Positions 1 to 14,200 of a stretch of 64,000 bases of DNA are shown one piece after another. Source of the stretch: Eledone cirrhosa (taxonomy: Eukaryota); contig OZ024744.1 in the NCBI GenBank assembly GCA_964016885.1, positions 28,954,001-29,018,000 of the forward strand. The letters run 5' to 3'. Within the stretch, counting starts at the first letter, position 1, and each line of letters opens with the position of its first letter. A program made the translations under genes and the position numbers. Under the pieces are notes generated by a model that was not told the origin of the DNA, did no database searches, and worked only from the letters and a program-made list of their open reading frames with translations.

Positions 1-748
1 CACAACAAAATACACCCAGTCCTCACTGTAAAGTGGTCATGTAGATGTCACAACAAAAAGTATCTAGTCAACACTGTAAAGTGGTCATGTAGGTGTCACA
101 ACAAAAAGCACCCAGTCCACACTGTAACGTGGTCATGTTGGTGTCACAACAAAAGCACCCAGCCCACACTGTAAAGTGGTCATGTAGGTGTCACAACAAA
201 AAGTACCTAGTCCACACTGTAAAGTAGTCATGTAGGCGTCACAACAAAAAGCACCCAGTCCACACTGTAAAGTGGTCATTTAGGTGTCACAACAAAATGT
301 ACCCAGTCCACACTGTAAAGTGGTCATGTATGTGTCACAACAAAAAGTACCCAGTCCACACTGTAAAGTAGTCATGTAGGTGTCACAACAAAAAGCACCC
401 AGTCCACACTGTAAAGTGGTCATGTAGGTTTTACAACAGAAAGTACCCAGTCCACACTGTAAAGTGTTAATGTAGGTGTCACAACAAAAAGCACCCAGTC
501 CACATTGTAAAGTAGTCATGTAGGTGTCACAACAAAATACACCCAGTCCACACTGCAAAGTAGCCATGTATGTGTCACAACAAAAAGTACCTAGTCCACA
601 CTGTAAAGTAGTCATGTGGGTGTCATAACAAAAAGCACCCAGTCCACACTGTAAATGATCATGTAGGAGACACAACAAAAAGTACCCAGTCCACACTGTA
701 AAGTGGTCATTTAGGTGACATAAAAAAAGTACCCAGTCCACACTGTAA

Positions 749-3700
749 AGTGGTCATGTAGGAGTCAGAACAAAAAGTACCCAGTCCACACTGTAAAGTT
801 GTCATGTAGGTGTCACAACAAAAAGTACCAAGTTCACACTGTAAAGTGGTCATGTAGGTGTCACAACAAAAAGTACCCAGTCCACACTGTAAAGTGGTCA
901 TGTAGGTGTCACAACAAAAAGTACCCAGGCCACACTGTAAAATAGTCATGTAGGCGTCACAATAAAAGAAACCCACTCCACACTGTAAAGTGGTCATGTA
1001 GGTGTCACAACAAAATGCACCCAGTCCACACTGTAAAGTAGTCATGTAGGTGTCACAACAAAAAGTACCCAGTCCACACTGTAGAGTGGTCATGTAGGTG
1101 CCAAAACAAGAAAGTACCCAGTCCACACTGTAAAGTAGTCGTGTAGGTGTCAAAACAAAAAGCACCCATTCCACACTGTAAAGTGGTCATGTAGGTGTCT
1201 CAACAAAAAGTACCCAGTTCACACTGTAAAGTGGTTATGTAGGTGCCAAAACACGAAAGTACCCAGTCCACACTCTAAAGTAGTCGTGTAGGTATCACAG
1301 CAAAAAAACCCAGTCCACACTGTAAAGTAACCATGTAGGTGTCACAACAAAAATCACCCACTCCACACTGTAAAGTAGTCATGTAGGTGTCACAATAAAA
1401 AGTACCCAGTCCACACTGTAAAGTGGTCATGTAGGTGCCAAAACAAGAAAGTACCCAGTCCACACTGTAAAGTAGTCGTGTAGGTGTCACAACAAAAAGC
1501 ACCCATTCCACACTGTAAAGTGGTCATGTAGGTGTCTCAACAAAAAGTACACAGTCCACACTGTAAAGTAGTCATGTAGAGGTCACAACAAAAAGCACCC
1601 AATCCACACTGTAATGTGGTCATGTAGGTGTCACAATAAAAAGTACCCAGTCCACACTGTAAAGTGGTCATGTAGGTGTCAACAAAAAACACCCATTCCA
1701 CACTGTAAGGTGGTCATGTAGGTGTCTCAACAAAAAGTACACAGTCCACACTGTAAAGTAGTCATGTAGGTGTCACAACAAAAAGCACCCAGTCCACACT
1801 GTAAAGTAGTCATGTAGGTGTCACAACAAAAAGTACCCACTCCACACTGTAAAGTAGTCTTGTAGGTGTCACAACAAAAAGTACCCAGTCCACACTGTAG
1901 AGTGGTCATGTAGGTTCCAAAACAAGAAAGTACCCAGTCCACACTGTAAAGTAGTCGTGTAGGTATCACAGCAAAAAAAACCCAATCCACACTATAAAGT
2001 ATCCATGTAGGTGTCACAACAAAAATCCCCCAGTCCACACTGTAAAGTGGTCATTTAGGTGTCATATCAAAGAGGAACCCAGTCTAAACTGTAAAGTAGT
2101 CATGTAGAGGTCACAACAAAAAGCACCCAGTCCACACTATAAAGTAGTCATGAAGATGTCACAACAAAAAGCACCCAGTCCACACTGTAAAGTAGTCACG
2201 TAGGTGTCACAACAAAAAGCACCCAGTCCACACTGAAAAGTAATCATGTAGGTGTCACAACAAAAATCACCCAGTCCACACTGTAAAGTAGTCATGTTGG
2301 TGTCACAACAAAAAGCAGCCAGTCCACACTGTAAAGTGGTCATTTCGGTGTCATAACAAAAAGTACCCAAACCACACTGTAAGGTGGTCATTTAGGTGCC
2401 ACAACAAAAAGCACCCAGTCACACTCTAAAGTAGTCATGTAGGTGTCACAACTAAAAGCACCCAGTCCACACTGTAAAATAGTCATGTAGGTGACACAAC
2501 AAAAAGCACCCAGTCCACACTGTAAAGTAGTCATGTAGGTGTCACAACAAAAGCACCCATCCACACTGCAAGGTGATCATGTAGGTGTCACAACAAAAAG
2601 TACTCAGTCCACACTGGAAAGTGGTCATGTAGGTGTCACAACGAAAAGCACCCAGTCCAAACTGTAAAGTAGTCATGTAGGTGTCACAACAAAATACACC
2701 CAGTCCACACTGTAAAGTAGCCATGTAGTGTCACAACAAAATACACCCATTCCACACTGTAAAGTGGTCATGTAGGTGTCACAACAAAAAGTACACTGTC
2801 CACACTGTAAAGTAGCCATGTAGGTGTCACAACAAAAAGCACCCAGTCCACACTGTAAAGTGGTCAGATAGGTGTCACAACAAAAAGTACCCAGTCCACG
2901 CTGTAAAGTAGTCTTGTAAGTGTAACAACAAAAAGTACCCAGTCCACACTGTAAAGTGGTCATGTAGGTGCCAAAATAAGAAAGTGCCCAGTCCACACTG
3001 TAAAGTAGTCGTGTTGGTATCACAGCAAAAAAAAGCCCAGTACACACTGTAAAGTAGCCATGTAGGTGTCACAACAAAAATCCCGCAGTCCACACTGTAA
3101 AGTGGTCATTTAGGTGTCATATCAAAGAGGAACCCAGTCTAAACTGTAAAGTAGTCATGTAGAGGTCACAACAAAACCATCCAGTCCACACTATAAAGTA
3201 GTCATGAAGATGTCACAACAAAAAGCACCCAGTACACACTGTAAAGTAGTCATGTAGGTGTCACAACAAAAAGCACCCAGTCCACACTGAAAAGTAATCA
3301 TGTAGGTGTCACAACAAAAAGCACCCAGTCCACACTATAAAGTGGTCATTTAGGTGTCATAACAAAATGTACCCAAACCACACTGTAAGGTGGTCATGTA
3401 GATGTCACAACAAAAAGCACCCAGTCAGACTGTAAAGTAGTCATGTAGGTGTCACAACTAAAAGCAGCCAGTCCACACTGTAAAATAGTCATGTAGGTGA
3501 CACAACAAAAAGCACCCACTCCACACTGTAAAGTATTCATGTAGGTGCCACAACAAAAGCACCCAGTCCACACTGCAAAGTGGTCATTTAGGTGTCATAA
3601 CAAAATGTACCCAAACCACACTGTAAAGTAGTCATGTAGGTGTCACAACAAAAAGCACCCAGTCCACACTGTAAAGTAGTCATGTAGGTGTCACAACAAA

Positions 3701-6700
3701 AAGTACCCACTCCACACTGTAAAGTAGTCTTGTAGGTGTCACAACAAAAAGTACCCAGTCCACACTGTAGAGTGGTCATGTAGGAGTCAGAACAAAAAGT
3801 ACCCAGTCCACACTGTAAAGTTGTCATGTAGGTGTCACAACAAAAAGTACCAAGTTCACACTGTAAAGTGGTCATGTAGGTGTCACAACAAAAAGTACCC
3901 AGTCCACACTGTAAAGTGGTCATGTAGGTGTCACAACAAAAAGTACCCAGGCCACACTGTAAAATAGTCATGTAGGCGTCACAATAAAAGAAACCCACTC
4001 CACACTGTAAAGTGGTCATGTAGGTGTCACAACAAAATGCACCCAGTCCACACTGTAAAGTAGTCATGTAGGTGTCACAACAAAAAGTACCCAGTCCACA
4101 CTGTAGAGTGGTCATGTAGGTGCCAAAACAAGAAAGTACCCAGTCCACACTGTAAAGTAGTCGTGTAGGTGTCAAAACAAAAAGCACCCATTCCACACTG
4201 TAAAGTGGTCATGTAGGTGTCTCAACAAAAAGTACCCAGTTCACACTGTAAAGTGGTCATGTAGGTGCCAAAACACGAAAGTACCCAGTCCACACTCTAA
4301 AGTAGTCGTGTAGGTATCACAGCAAAAAAACCCAGTCCACACTGTAAAGTAACCATGTAGGTGTCACAACAAAAATCACCCACTCCACACTGTAAAGTAG
4401 TCATGTAGGTGTCACAATAAAAAGTACCCAGTCCACACTGTAAAGTGGTCATGTAGGTGCCAAAACAAGAAAGTACCCAGTCCACACTGTAAAGTAGTCG
4501 TGTAGGTGTCACAACAAAAAGCACCCATTCCACACTGTAAAGTGGTCATGTAGGTGTCTCAACAAAAAGTACACAGTCCACACTGTAAAGTAGTCATGTA
4601 GAGGTCACAACAAAAAGCACCCAATCCACACTGTAATGTGGTCATGTAGGTGTCACAATAAAAAGTACCCAGTCCACACTGTAAAGTGGTCATGTAGGTG
4701 TCAACAAAAAACACCCATTCCACACTGTAAGGTGGTCATGTAGGTGTCTCAACAAAAAGTACACAGTCCACACTGTAAAGTAGTCATGTAGGTGTCACAA
4801 CAAAAAGCACCCAGTCCACACTGTAAAGTAGTCATGTAGGTGTCACAACAAAAAGTACCCACTCCACACTGTAAAGTAGTCTTGTAGGTGTCACAACAAA
4901 AAGTACCCAGTCCACACTGTAGAGTGGTCATGTAGGTTCCAAAACAAGAAAGTACCCAGTCCACACTGTAAAGTAGTCGTGTAGGTATCACAGCAAAAAA
5001 AACCCCAATCCACACTATAAAGTATCCATGTAGGTGTCACAACAAAAATCCCCCAGTCCACACTGTAAAGTGGTCATTTAGGTGTCATATCAAAGAGGAA
5101 CCCAGTCTAAACTGTAAAGTAGTCATGTAGAGGTCACAACAAAAAGCACCCAGTCCACACTATAAAGTAGTCATGAAGATGTCACAACAAAAAGCACCCA
5201 GTCCACACTGTAAAGTAGTCACGTAGGTGTCACAACAAAAAGCACCCAGTCCACACTGAAAAGTAATCATGTAGGTGTCACAACAAAAATCACCCAGTCC
5301 ACACTGTAAAGTAGTCATGTTGGTGTCACAACAAAAAGCAGCCAGTCCACACTGTAAAGTGGTCATTTCGGTGTCATAACAAAAAGTACCCAAACCACAC
5401 TGTAAGGTGGTCATTTAGGTGCCACAACAAAAAGCACCCAGTCACACTCTAAAGTAGTCATGTAGGTGTCACAACTAAAAGCACCCAGTCCACACTGTAA
5501 AATAGTCATGTAGGTGACACAACAAAAAGCACCCAGTCCACACTGTAAAGTAGTCATGTAGGTGTCACAACAAAAGCACCCATCCACACTGCAAGGTGAT
5601 CATGTAGGTGTCACAACAAAAAGTACTCAGTCCACACTGGAAAGTGGTCATGTAGGTGTCACAACGAAAAGCACCCAGTCCAAACTGTAAAGTAGTCATG
5701 TAGGTGTCACAACAAAATACACCCAGTCCACACTGTAAAGTAGCCATGTAGTGTCACAACAAAATACACCCATTCCACACTGTAAAGTGGTCATGTAGGT
5801 GTCACAACAAAAAGTACACTGTCCACACTGTAAAGTAGCCATGTAGGTGTCACAACAAAAAGCACCCAGTCCACACTGTAAAGTGGTCAGATAGGTGTCA
5901 CAACAAAAAGTACCCAGTCCACGCTGTAAAGTAGTCTTGTAAGTGTAACAACAAAAAGTACCCAGTCCACACTGTAAAGTGGTCATGTAGGTGCCAAAAT
6001 AAGAAAGTGCCCAGTCCACACTGTAAAGTAGTCGTGTTGGTATCACAGCAAAAAAAAGCCCAGTACACACTGTAAAGTAGCCATGTAGGTGTCACAACAA
6101 AAATCCCGCAGTCCACACTGTAAAGTGGTCATTTAGGTGTCATATCAAAGAGGAACCCAGTCTAAACTGTAAAGTAGTCATGTAGAGGTCACAACAAAAC
6201 CATCCAGTCCACACTATAAAGTAGTCATGAAGATGTCACAACAAAAAGCACCCAGTACACACTGTAAAGTAGTCATGTAGGTGTCACAACAAAAAGCACC
6301 CAGTCCACACTGAAAAGTAATCATGTAGGTGTCACAACAAAAAGCACCCAGTCCACACTATAAAGTGGTCATTTAGGTGTCATAACAAAATGTACCCAAA
6401 CCACACTGTAAGGTGGTCATGTAGATGTCACAACAAAAAGCACCCAGTCAGACTGTAAAGTAGTCATGTAGGTGTCACAACTAAAAGCAGCCAGTCCACA
6501 CTGTAAAATAGTCATGTAGGTGACACAACAAAAAGCACCCACTCCACACTGTAAAGTATTCATGTAGGTGCCACAACAAAAGCACCCAGTCCACACTGCA
6601 AAGTGGTCATTTAGGTGTCATAACAAAATGTACCCAAACCACACTGTAAAGTAGTCATGTAGGTGTCACAACAAAAAGCACCCAGTCCACACTGTAAAGT

Positions 6701-6800
6701 AGTCATGTAGGTGTCACAACAAAAAGTACCCACTCCACACTGTAAAGTAGTCTTGTAGGTGTCACAACAAAAAGTACCCAGTCCACACTGTAGAGTGGTC
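749..6800. repeat. Near-identical tandem duplication of a 3022-3023 bp block (63 monomers): copy 1 about 749-3770, copy 2 about 3771-6800
   Basis: Matching ORFs are offset by 3022-3023 (1275/4297, 2137/5160, 2542/5565, 2673/5696, 2875/5898, 3588/6611). The marker GGAGTCAGAAC is at 761 and 3783. Confidence 0.93.
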
Positions 6801-8215
6801 ATGTAGGTTCCAAAACAAGAAAGTACCCAGTCCACACTGTAAAGTAGTCGTGTAGGTATCACAGCAAAAAAAAACCCAATCCACACTATAAAGTATCCAT
6901 GTAGGTGTCACAACAAAAATCCCCCAGTCCACACTGTAAAGTGGTCATTTAGGTGTCATATCAAAGAGGAACCCAGTCTAAACTGTAAAGTAGTCATGTA
7001 GAGGTCACAACAAAAAGCACCCAGTCCACACTATAAAGTAGTCATGAAGATGTCACAACAAAAAGCACCCAGTCCACACTGTAAAGTAGTCACGTAGGTG
7101 TCACAACAAAAAGCACCCAGTCCACACTGAAAAGTAATCATGTAGGTGTCACAACAAAAATCACCCAGTCCACACTGTAAAGTAGTCATGTTGGTGTCAC
7201 AACAAAAAGCAGCCAGTCCACACTGTAAAGTGGTCATTTCGGTGTCATAACAAAAAGTACCCAAACCACACTGTAAGGTGGTCATTTAGGTGCCACAACA
7301 AAAAGCACCCAGTCACACTCTAAAGTAGTCATGTAGGTGTCACAACTAAAAGCACCCAGTCCACACTGTAAAATAGTCATGTAGGTGACACAACAAAAAG
7401 CACCCAGTCCACACTGTAAAGTAGTCATGTAGGTGTCACAACAAAAGCACCCATCCACACTGCAAGGTGATCATGTAGGTGTCACAACAAAAAGTACTCA
7501 GTCCACACTGGAAAGTGGTCATGTAGGTGTCACAACGAAAAGCACCCAGTACAAACTGTAAAGTAGTCATGTAGGTGTCACAACAAAATACACCCAGTCC
7601 ACACTGTAAAGTAGCCATGTAGTGTCACAACAAAATACACCCATTCCACACTGTAAAGTGGTCATGTAGGTGTCACAACAAAAAGTACACTGTCCACACT
7701 GTAAAGTAGCCATGTAGGTGTCACAACAAAAAGCACCCAGTCCACACTGTAAAGTGGTCAGATAGGTGTCACAACAAAAAGTACCCAGTCCACGCTGTAA
7801 AGTAGTCTTGTAAGTGTAACAACAAAAAGTACCCAGTCCACACTGTAAAGTGGTCATGTAGGTGCCAAAATAAGAAAGTGCCCAGTCCACACTGTAAAGT
7901 AGTCGTGTTGGTATCACAGCAAAAAAAAGCCCAGTACACACTGTAAAGTAGCCATGTAGGTGTCACAACAAAAATCCCGCAGTCCACACTGTAAAGTGGT
8001 CATTTAGGTGTCATATCAAAGAGGAACCCAGTCTAAACTGTAAAGTAGTCATGTAGAGGTCACAACAAAACCATCCAGTCCACACTATAAAGTAGTCATG
8101 AAGATGTCACAACAAAAAGCACCCAGTACACACTGTAAAGTAGTCATGTAGGTGTCACAACAAAAAGCACCCAGTCCACACTGAAAAGTAATCATGTAGG
8201 TGTCACAACAAAAAG
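4770..8215. repeat. Tandem duplication of a 1871-bp block (39 monomers); second copy about 6640-8215 is truncated
   Basis: ORF offsets of 1871 (5160/7031, 5565/7436, 5696/7567, 5898/7769). The marker AGAGTGGTCATGTAGGTTCC is at 4921 and 6792. The match ends near 8215. Confidence 0.9.
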
Positions 8216-11200
8216 TACCTAGTCAACACTGTAAAGTGGTCATGTAGGTGTCACAACAAAAAGCACCCAGTCCACACTGTAACGTGGTCGTGTAGGTGTC
8301 ACAACAAAAGCACCCAGTCACACTGTAAAGTAGTCATGTAGGTGTCACAACTAAAAGCAGCCAGTCCAGACTGTAAAATAGTCATGTAGGTGACACAACA
8401 AAAAGCACCCACTCCACACTGTAAAGTATTCATGTAGGTGCCACAACAAAAGCACCCAGTCCACACTGCAAAGTGGTCATTTAGGTGTCATAACAAAATG
8501 TACCCAAACCACACTGTAAAGTAGTCATGTTGGTGTCACAACAAAAAGCAGCCAGTCCACACTGTAAAGTGGTCATGTATGTCTCACAACAAAAAGCACC
8601 CAGTCCACACTGTAAAGTAGTCATGTAGGTGTCACAAAAAAATACACCCAGTCCACACTGTAAAGTATCAATGTAGTGTCACAACAAAATACACCCAGTC
8701 CACACTGTAAAGTGGTCATGTAGATGTCACAACAAAAAGTACCTAGTCAACACTGTAAAGTGGTCATGTAGGTGTCACAACAAAAAGCACCCAGTCCACA
8801 CTGTAACGTGGTCGTGTAGGTGTCACAACAAAAGCACCCAGCCCACACTGTAAAGTGGTCATGTAGGTGTCACAACAAAAAGTACCCAGTCCACACTGTA
8901 AAGTAGTCATGTAGGTGTCACAACAAAAAGCACCCAGTCCACACTGTAAAGTGGTCATTTAGGTGTCACAACAAAATGTACCCAGTCCACACTGTAAAGT
9001 GGTCATTTAGGCGTCACAACAAAAAGTACCCCTCCACACTGTAAAGTGGTCATGTAGGTGTCTCAACAAAAAGTACCCAGTCCACACTGTAAAGTAGTCA
9101 TGTAGGTGTCACAACAAAAAGCACCCAGTCCACACTGTAAAGTGGTCATGTAGGTTTCACAACAGAAAGTACCCAGTCCACACTGTAAAGTGTTAATGTA
9201 GGTGTCACAACAAAAAGCACCCAGTCCACATTATAAAGTAGTCATGTAGGTGTCACAACAAAATACACCCAGTCCACACTGCAAAGTAGCCATATATGTC
9301 TCACAACAAAAAGTACCTAGTCCACACTGTAAAGTAGTAATGTGGGTGTCATAACAAAAAGCACCCAGTCCACACTGTAAATGATCATGTAGGAGACACA
9401 ACAAAAAGTACCCAGTCCACACTGTAAAGTGGTCATGTAGGAGTCAGAACAAAAAGTACCCAGTCTACACTGTAAAGTGGTCATGTAGGTGTCACAACAA
9501 AAAGTACCAAGTCCACACTGTAAAGTGGTCATGTAGGTGTCACAACAAAAAGTACCCAGTCCACACTGTAAAGTAGTCATGTAGGTGTCACAACAAAAAG
9601 TACCCAGTCCACACTGTAAAGTGGTCATGTAGGTGTCACAACAAAAAGTACCCAGGCCACACTGTAAAATAGTCATGTAGGCGTCACAATAAAAGAAACC
9701 CAGTCCACACTGTAAAGTGGTCATGTAGGTGTCACAACAAAATGTACCCAGTCCACACTGTAAAGTAGTCATGTAGGTGTCACAACAAAAAGTACACACT
9801 CCACACTGTAAAGTAGTCATGTAAGTGACACAACAAAAATTACTCATTTCACACTGTAAAGTGGTCATGTAGGTGCCAAAACACGAAAGTACCCAGTCCA
9901 CACTCTAAAGTAGTCGTGTAGGTATCACAGCAAAAAAACCCAGTCCACACTGTAAAGTAACCATGTAGGTGTCACAACAAAAATCACCCACTCCACACTG
10001 TAAAGTAGTCATGTAGGTGTCACAATAAAAAGTACACAGTCCACACTGTAAAGTGGTCATGTAGGTGCCAAAACAAGAAAGTACCCAGTCCACACTGTAA
10101 AGTAGTCGTGTAGGTGTCAAAACAAAAAGCACCCATTCCACACTGTAAAGTGGTCATGTAGGTGTCTCAACAAAAAGTACACAGTCCACACTGTAAAGTA
10201 GTCATGTAGAGGTCACAACAAAAAGCACCCAGTCCACACTGTAAAGTGGTCATGTAGGTGTCACAATAAAAAGTAGCCAGTCCACACTGTAAAGTGGTCA
10301 TGTAGGTGTCACAACAAAAAACACCCATCCCACACTGTAAAGTGGTCATGTAGGTGTCTCAACAGAAAGCACCCAGTCCACACTCTAAAGTAGTCATCTA
10401 GGCGTCACAACAAAAAGTACCCAATCCACATTGTAGAGTGGTCATTTAGGTGCCAAAACAAGAAAGTACCCAGTCCACACTGTAAAGTAGTCGTGTAGGT
10501 ATCACAGCAAAAAAAAACCCAGTCCACACTGTGAAGTATCCATGTAGGTGTCACAACAAAAATCCCCCAGTCCACACTGTAAAGTGGTCATTTAGGTGTC
10601 ATATCAAAGAGGAACCCAGTCTAAACTGTAAAGTAGTCATGTAGAGGTCACAACAAAAAGCACCCAGTCCACACTATAAAGTAGTCATGAAGATGTCACA
10701 ACAAAAAGCACCCAGTCCACACTGTAAAGTAGTCACGTAGGTGTCACAACAAAAAGCACCCAGTCCACACTGAAAAGTAATCATGTAGGTGTCACAACAA
10801 AAATCACCCAGTCCACACTGTAAAGTAGTCATGTTCGTGTCACAACAAAAAGCAGCCAGTCCAGACTGTAAAGTGGTCATTTCGGTGTCATAACAAAAAG
10901 TACCCAAACCACACTGTAAAGTAGTCATGTTGGTGTCACAACAAAAAGCAGCCAGTCCACACTGTAAAGTGGTCATTTCGGTGTCATAACAAAAAGTACC
11001 CAAACCACACTGTAAGGTGGTCATGTAGGTGTCACAACAAAAAGCACCCAGTCACACTGTAAAGTAGTCATGTAGGTGTCACAACTAAAAGCACCCAGTC
11101 CACACTGTAAAATAGTCATGTAGGTGACACAGCAAAAAGCACCCAGTCCACACTGTAAAGTAGTCATGTAGGTGTCACAACAAAAGCACCCAGTCCACAC

Positions 11201-14200
11201 TGCAAAGTGATCATGTAGGTGTCACAACAAAAGGTACTCAGTCCACACTGGAAAGTGGTCATGTAGGTGTCACAACGAAAAGCACCCAGTCCACACTGTA
11301 AAGTAGTCATGTAGGTGTCACAACAAAATACACCCAGTCCACACTGTAAAGTAGCCATGTAGTGTCACAACAAAATACACCCAGTCCACACTGTAAAGTG
11401 GTTATGTAGGAGCCAAAACAAAAAGGTACCCAGTCCACACTGTAAAGTAGTCGTGTAGGTATCACAGCAAAAAACCCCCAGTCCACACTGTAAAGTAGTC
11501 ATGTAGGTGTCACAACAAAAATCACTCAGTCCACACTGTAAAGTGGTCATCTAGGTGACATAACAAAAAGGAACCCAGTCCAAACTGTAAAGTAGTCATT
11601 TCGGTGCCATAACAAAAAGTGCCCAGATCACACTGTACGGTGGTCATGTAGGTTTCACAACAAAAAGCACCCTGTCCACACTGTAAAGTAGTCATGTAGG
11701 TGTCACAACAAAAAGCACCCAGTCCATACTGTAAAATAGTCATGTAGGTGACACATCAAAAAGCACCCCGTCCACACTATAAAGTAGTCATGTAGGTGTC
11801 ACAACAAAAAGCACCCAATCCAAACTGTAAAGTGGTCATGTAGATGCCACAACAAAAAGTACCCAGTGCACACTGTAAAGTGGTCATTTAGGTGTCATAA
11901 CAAAAAGGAACCCATAAAAACTGTCAAGTAGTCATGAAGATGTCACAACAAAAAGCACCCAGTACACACTGTAAAGTAGTCATGTAGGTGTCACAACAAA
12001 AAGCACCCAGTCCACACTGAAAAGTAATCATGTAGGTGTCACAACAAAAAGCACCCAGTCCACACTATAAAGTGGTCATTTAGGTGTCATAACAAAATGT
12101 ACCCAAACCACACTGTAAAGTGGTCATGTAGATGTCACAACAAAAAGCACCCAGTCACACTGTAAAGTAGTCATGTAGGTGTCACAACTAAAAGCAGCCA
12201 GTCCAGACTGTAAAATAGTCATGTAGGTGACACAACAAAAAGCACCCACTCCACACTGTAAAGTATTCATGTAGGTGCCACAACAAAAGCACCCAGTCCA
12301 CACTGCAAAGTGGTCATTTAGGTGTCATAACAAAATGTACCCAAACCACACTGTAAAGTAGTCATGTTGGTGTCACAACAAAAAGCAGCCAGTCCACACT
12401 GTAAAGTGGTCATGTATGTCTCACAACAAAAAGCACCCAGTCCACACTGTAAAGTAGTCATGTAGGTGTCACAAAAAAATACACCCAGTCCACACTGTAA
12501 AGTATCAATGTAGTGTCACAACAAAATACACCCAGTCCACACTGTAAAGTGGTCATGTAGATGTCACAACAAAAAGTACCTAGTCAACACTGTAAAGTGG
12601 TCATGTAGGTGTCACAACAAAAAGCACCCAGTCCACACTGTAACGTGGTCGTGTAGGTGTCACAACAAAAGCACCCAGTCACACTGTAAAGTAGTCATGT
12701 AGGTGTCACAACTAAAAGCAGCCAGTCCAGACTGTAAAATAGTCATGTAGGTGACACAACAAAAAGCACCCACTCCACACTGTAAAGTATTCATGTAGGT
12801 GCCACAACAAAAGCACCCAGTCCACACTGCAAAGTGGTCATTTAGGTGTCATAACAAAATGAACCCAAACCACACTGTAAAGTAGTCATGTTGGTGTCAC
12901 AACAAAAAGCAGCCAGTCCACACTGTAAAGTGGTCATGTATGTCTCACAACAAAAAGCACCCAGTCCACACTGTAAAGTAGTCATGTAGGTGTCACAAAA
13001 AAATACACCCAGTCCACACTGTAAAGTATCAATGTAGTGTCACAACAAAATACACCCAGTCCACACTGTAAAGTGGTCATGTAGATGTCACAACAAAAAG
13101 TACCTAGTCAACACTGTAAAGTGGTCATGTAGGTGTCACAACAAAAAGCACCCAGTCCACACTGTAACGTGGTCGTGTAGGTGTCACAACAAAAGCACCC
13201 AGCCCACACTGTAAAGTGGTCATGTAGGTGTCACAACAAAAAGTACCCAGTCCACACTGTAAAGTAGTCATGTAGGTGTCACAACAAAAAGCACCCAGTC
13301 CACACTGTAAAGTGGTCATTTAGGTGTCACAACAAAATGTACCCAGTCCACACTGTAAAGTGGTCATTTAGGCGTCACAACAAAAAGTACCCCTCCACAC
13401 TGTAAAGTGGTCATGTAGGTGTCTCAATAAAAAGTACCCAGTCCACACTGTAAAGTAGTCATGTAGGTGTCACAACAAAAAGCACCCAGTCCACACTGTA
13501 AAGTGGTCATGTAGGTTTCACAACAGAAAGTACCCAGTCCACACTGTAAAGTGTTAATGTAGGTGTCACAACAAAAAGCACCCAGTCCACATTATAAAGT
13601 AGTCATGTAGGTGTCACAACAAAATACACCCAGTCCACACTGCAAAGTAGCCATATATGTCTCACAACAAAAAGTACCTAGTCCACACTGTAAAGTAGTA
13701 ATGTGGGTGTCATAACAAAAAGCACCCAGTCCACACTGTAAATGATCATGTAGGAGACACAACAAAAAGTACCCAGTCCACACTGTAAAGTGGTCATGTA
13801 GGAGTCAGAACAAAAAGTACCCAGTCTACACTGTAAAGTGGTCATGTAGGTGTCACAACAAAAAGTACCAAGTCCACACTGTAAAGTGGTCATGTAGGTG
13901 TCACAACAAAAAGTACCCAGTCCACACTGTAAAGTAGTCATGTAGGTGTCACAACAAAAAGTACCCAGTCCACACTGTAAAGTGGTCATGTAGGTGTCAC
14001 AACAAAAAGTACCCAGGCCACACTGTAAAATAGTCATGTAGGCGTCACAATAAAAGAAACCCAGTCCACACTGTAAAGTGGTCATGTAGGTGTCACAACA
14101 AAATGTACCCAGTCCACACTGTAAAGTAGTCATGTAGGTGTCACAACAAAAAGTACACACTCCACACTGTAAAGTAGTCATGTAAGTGACACAACAAAAA

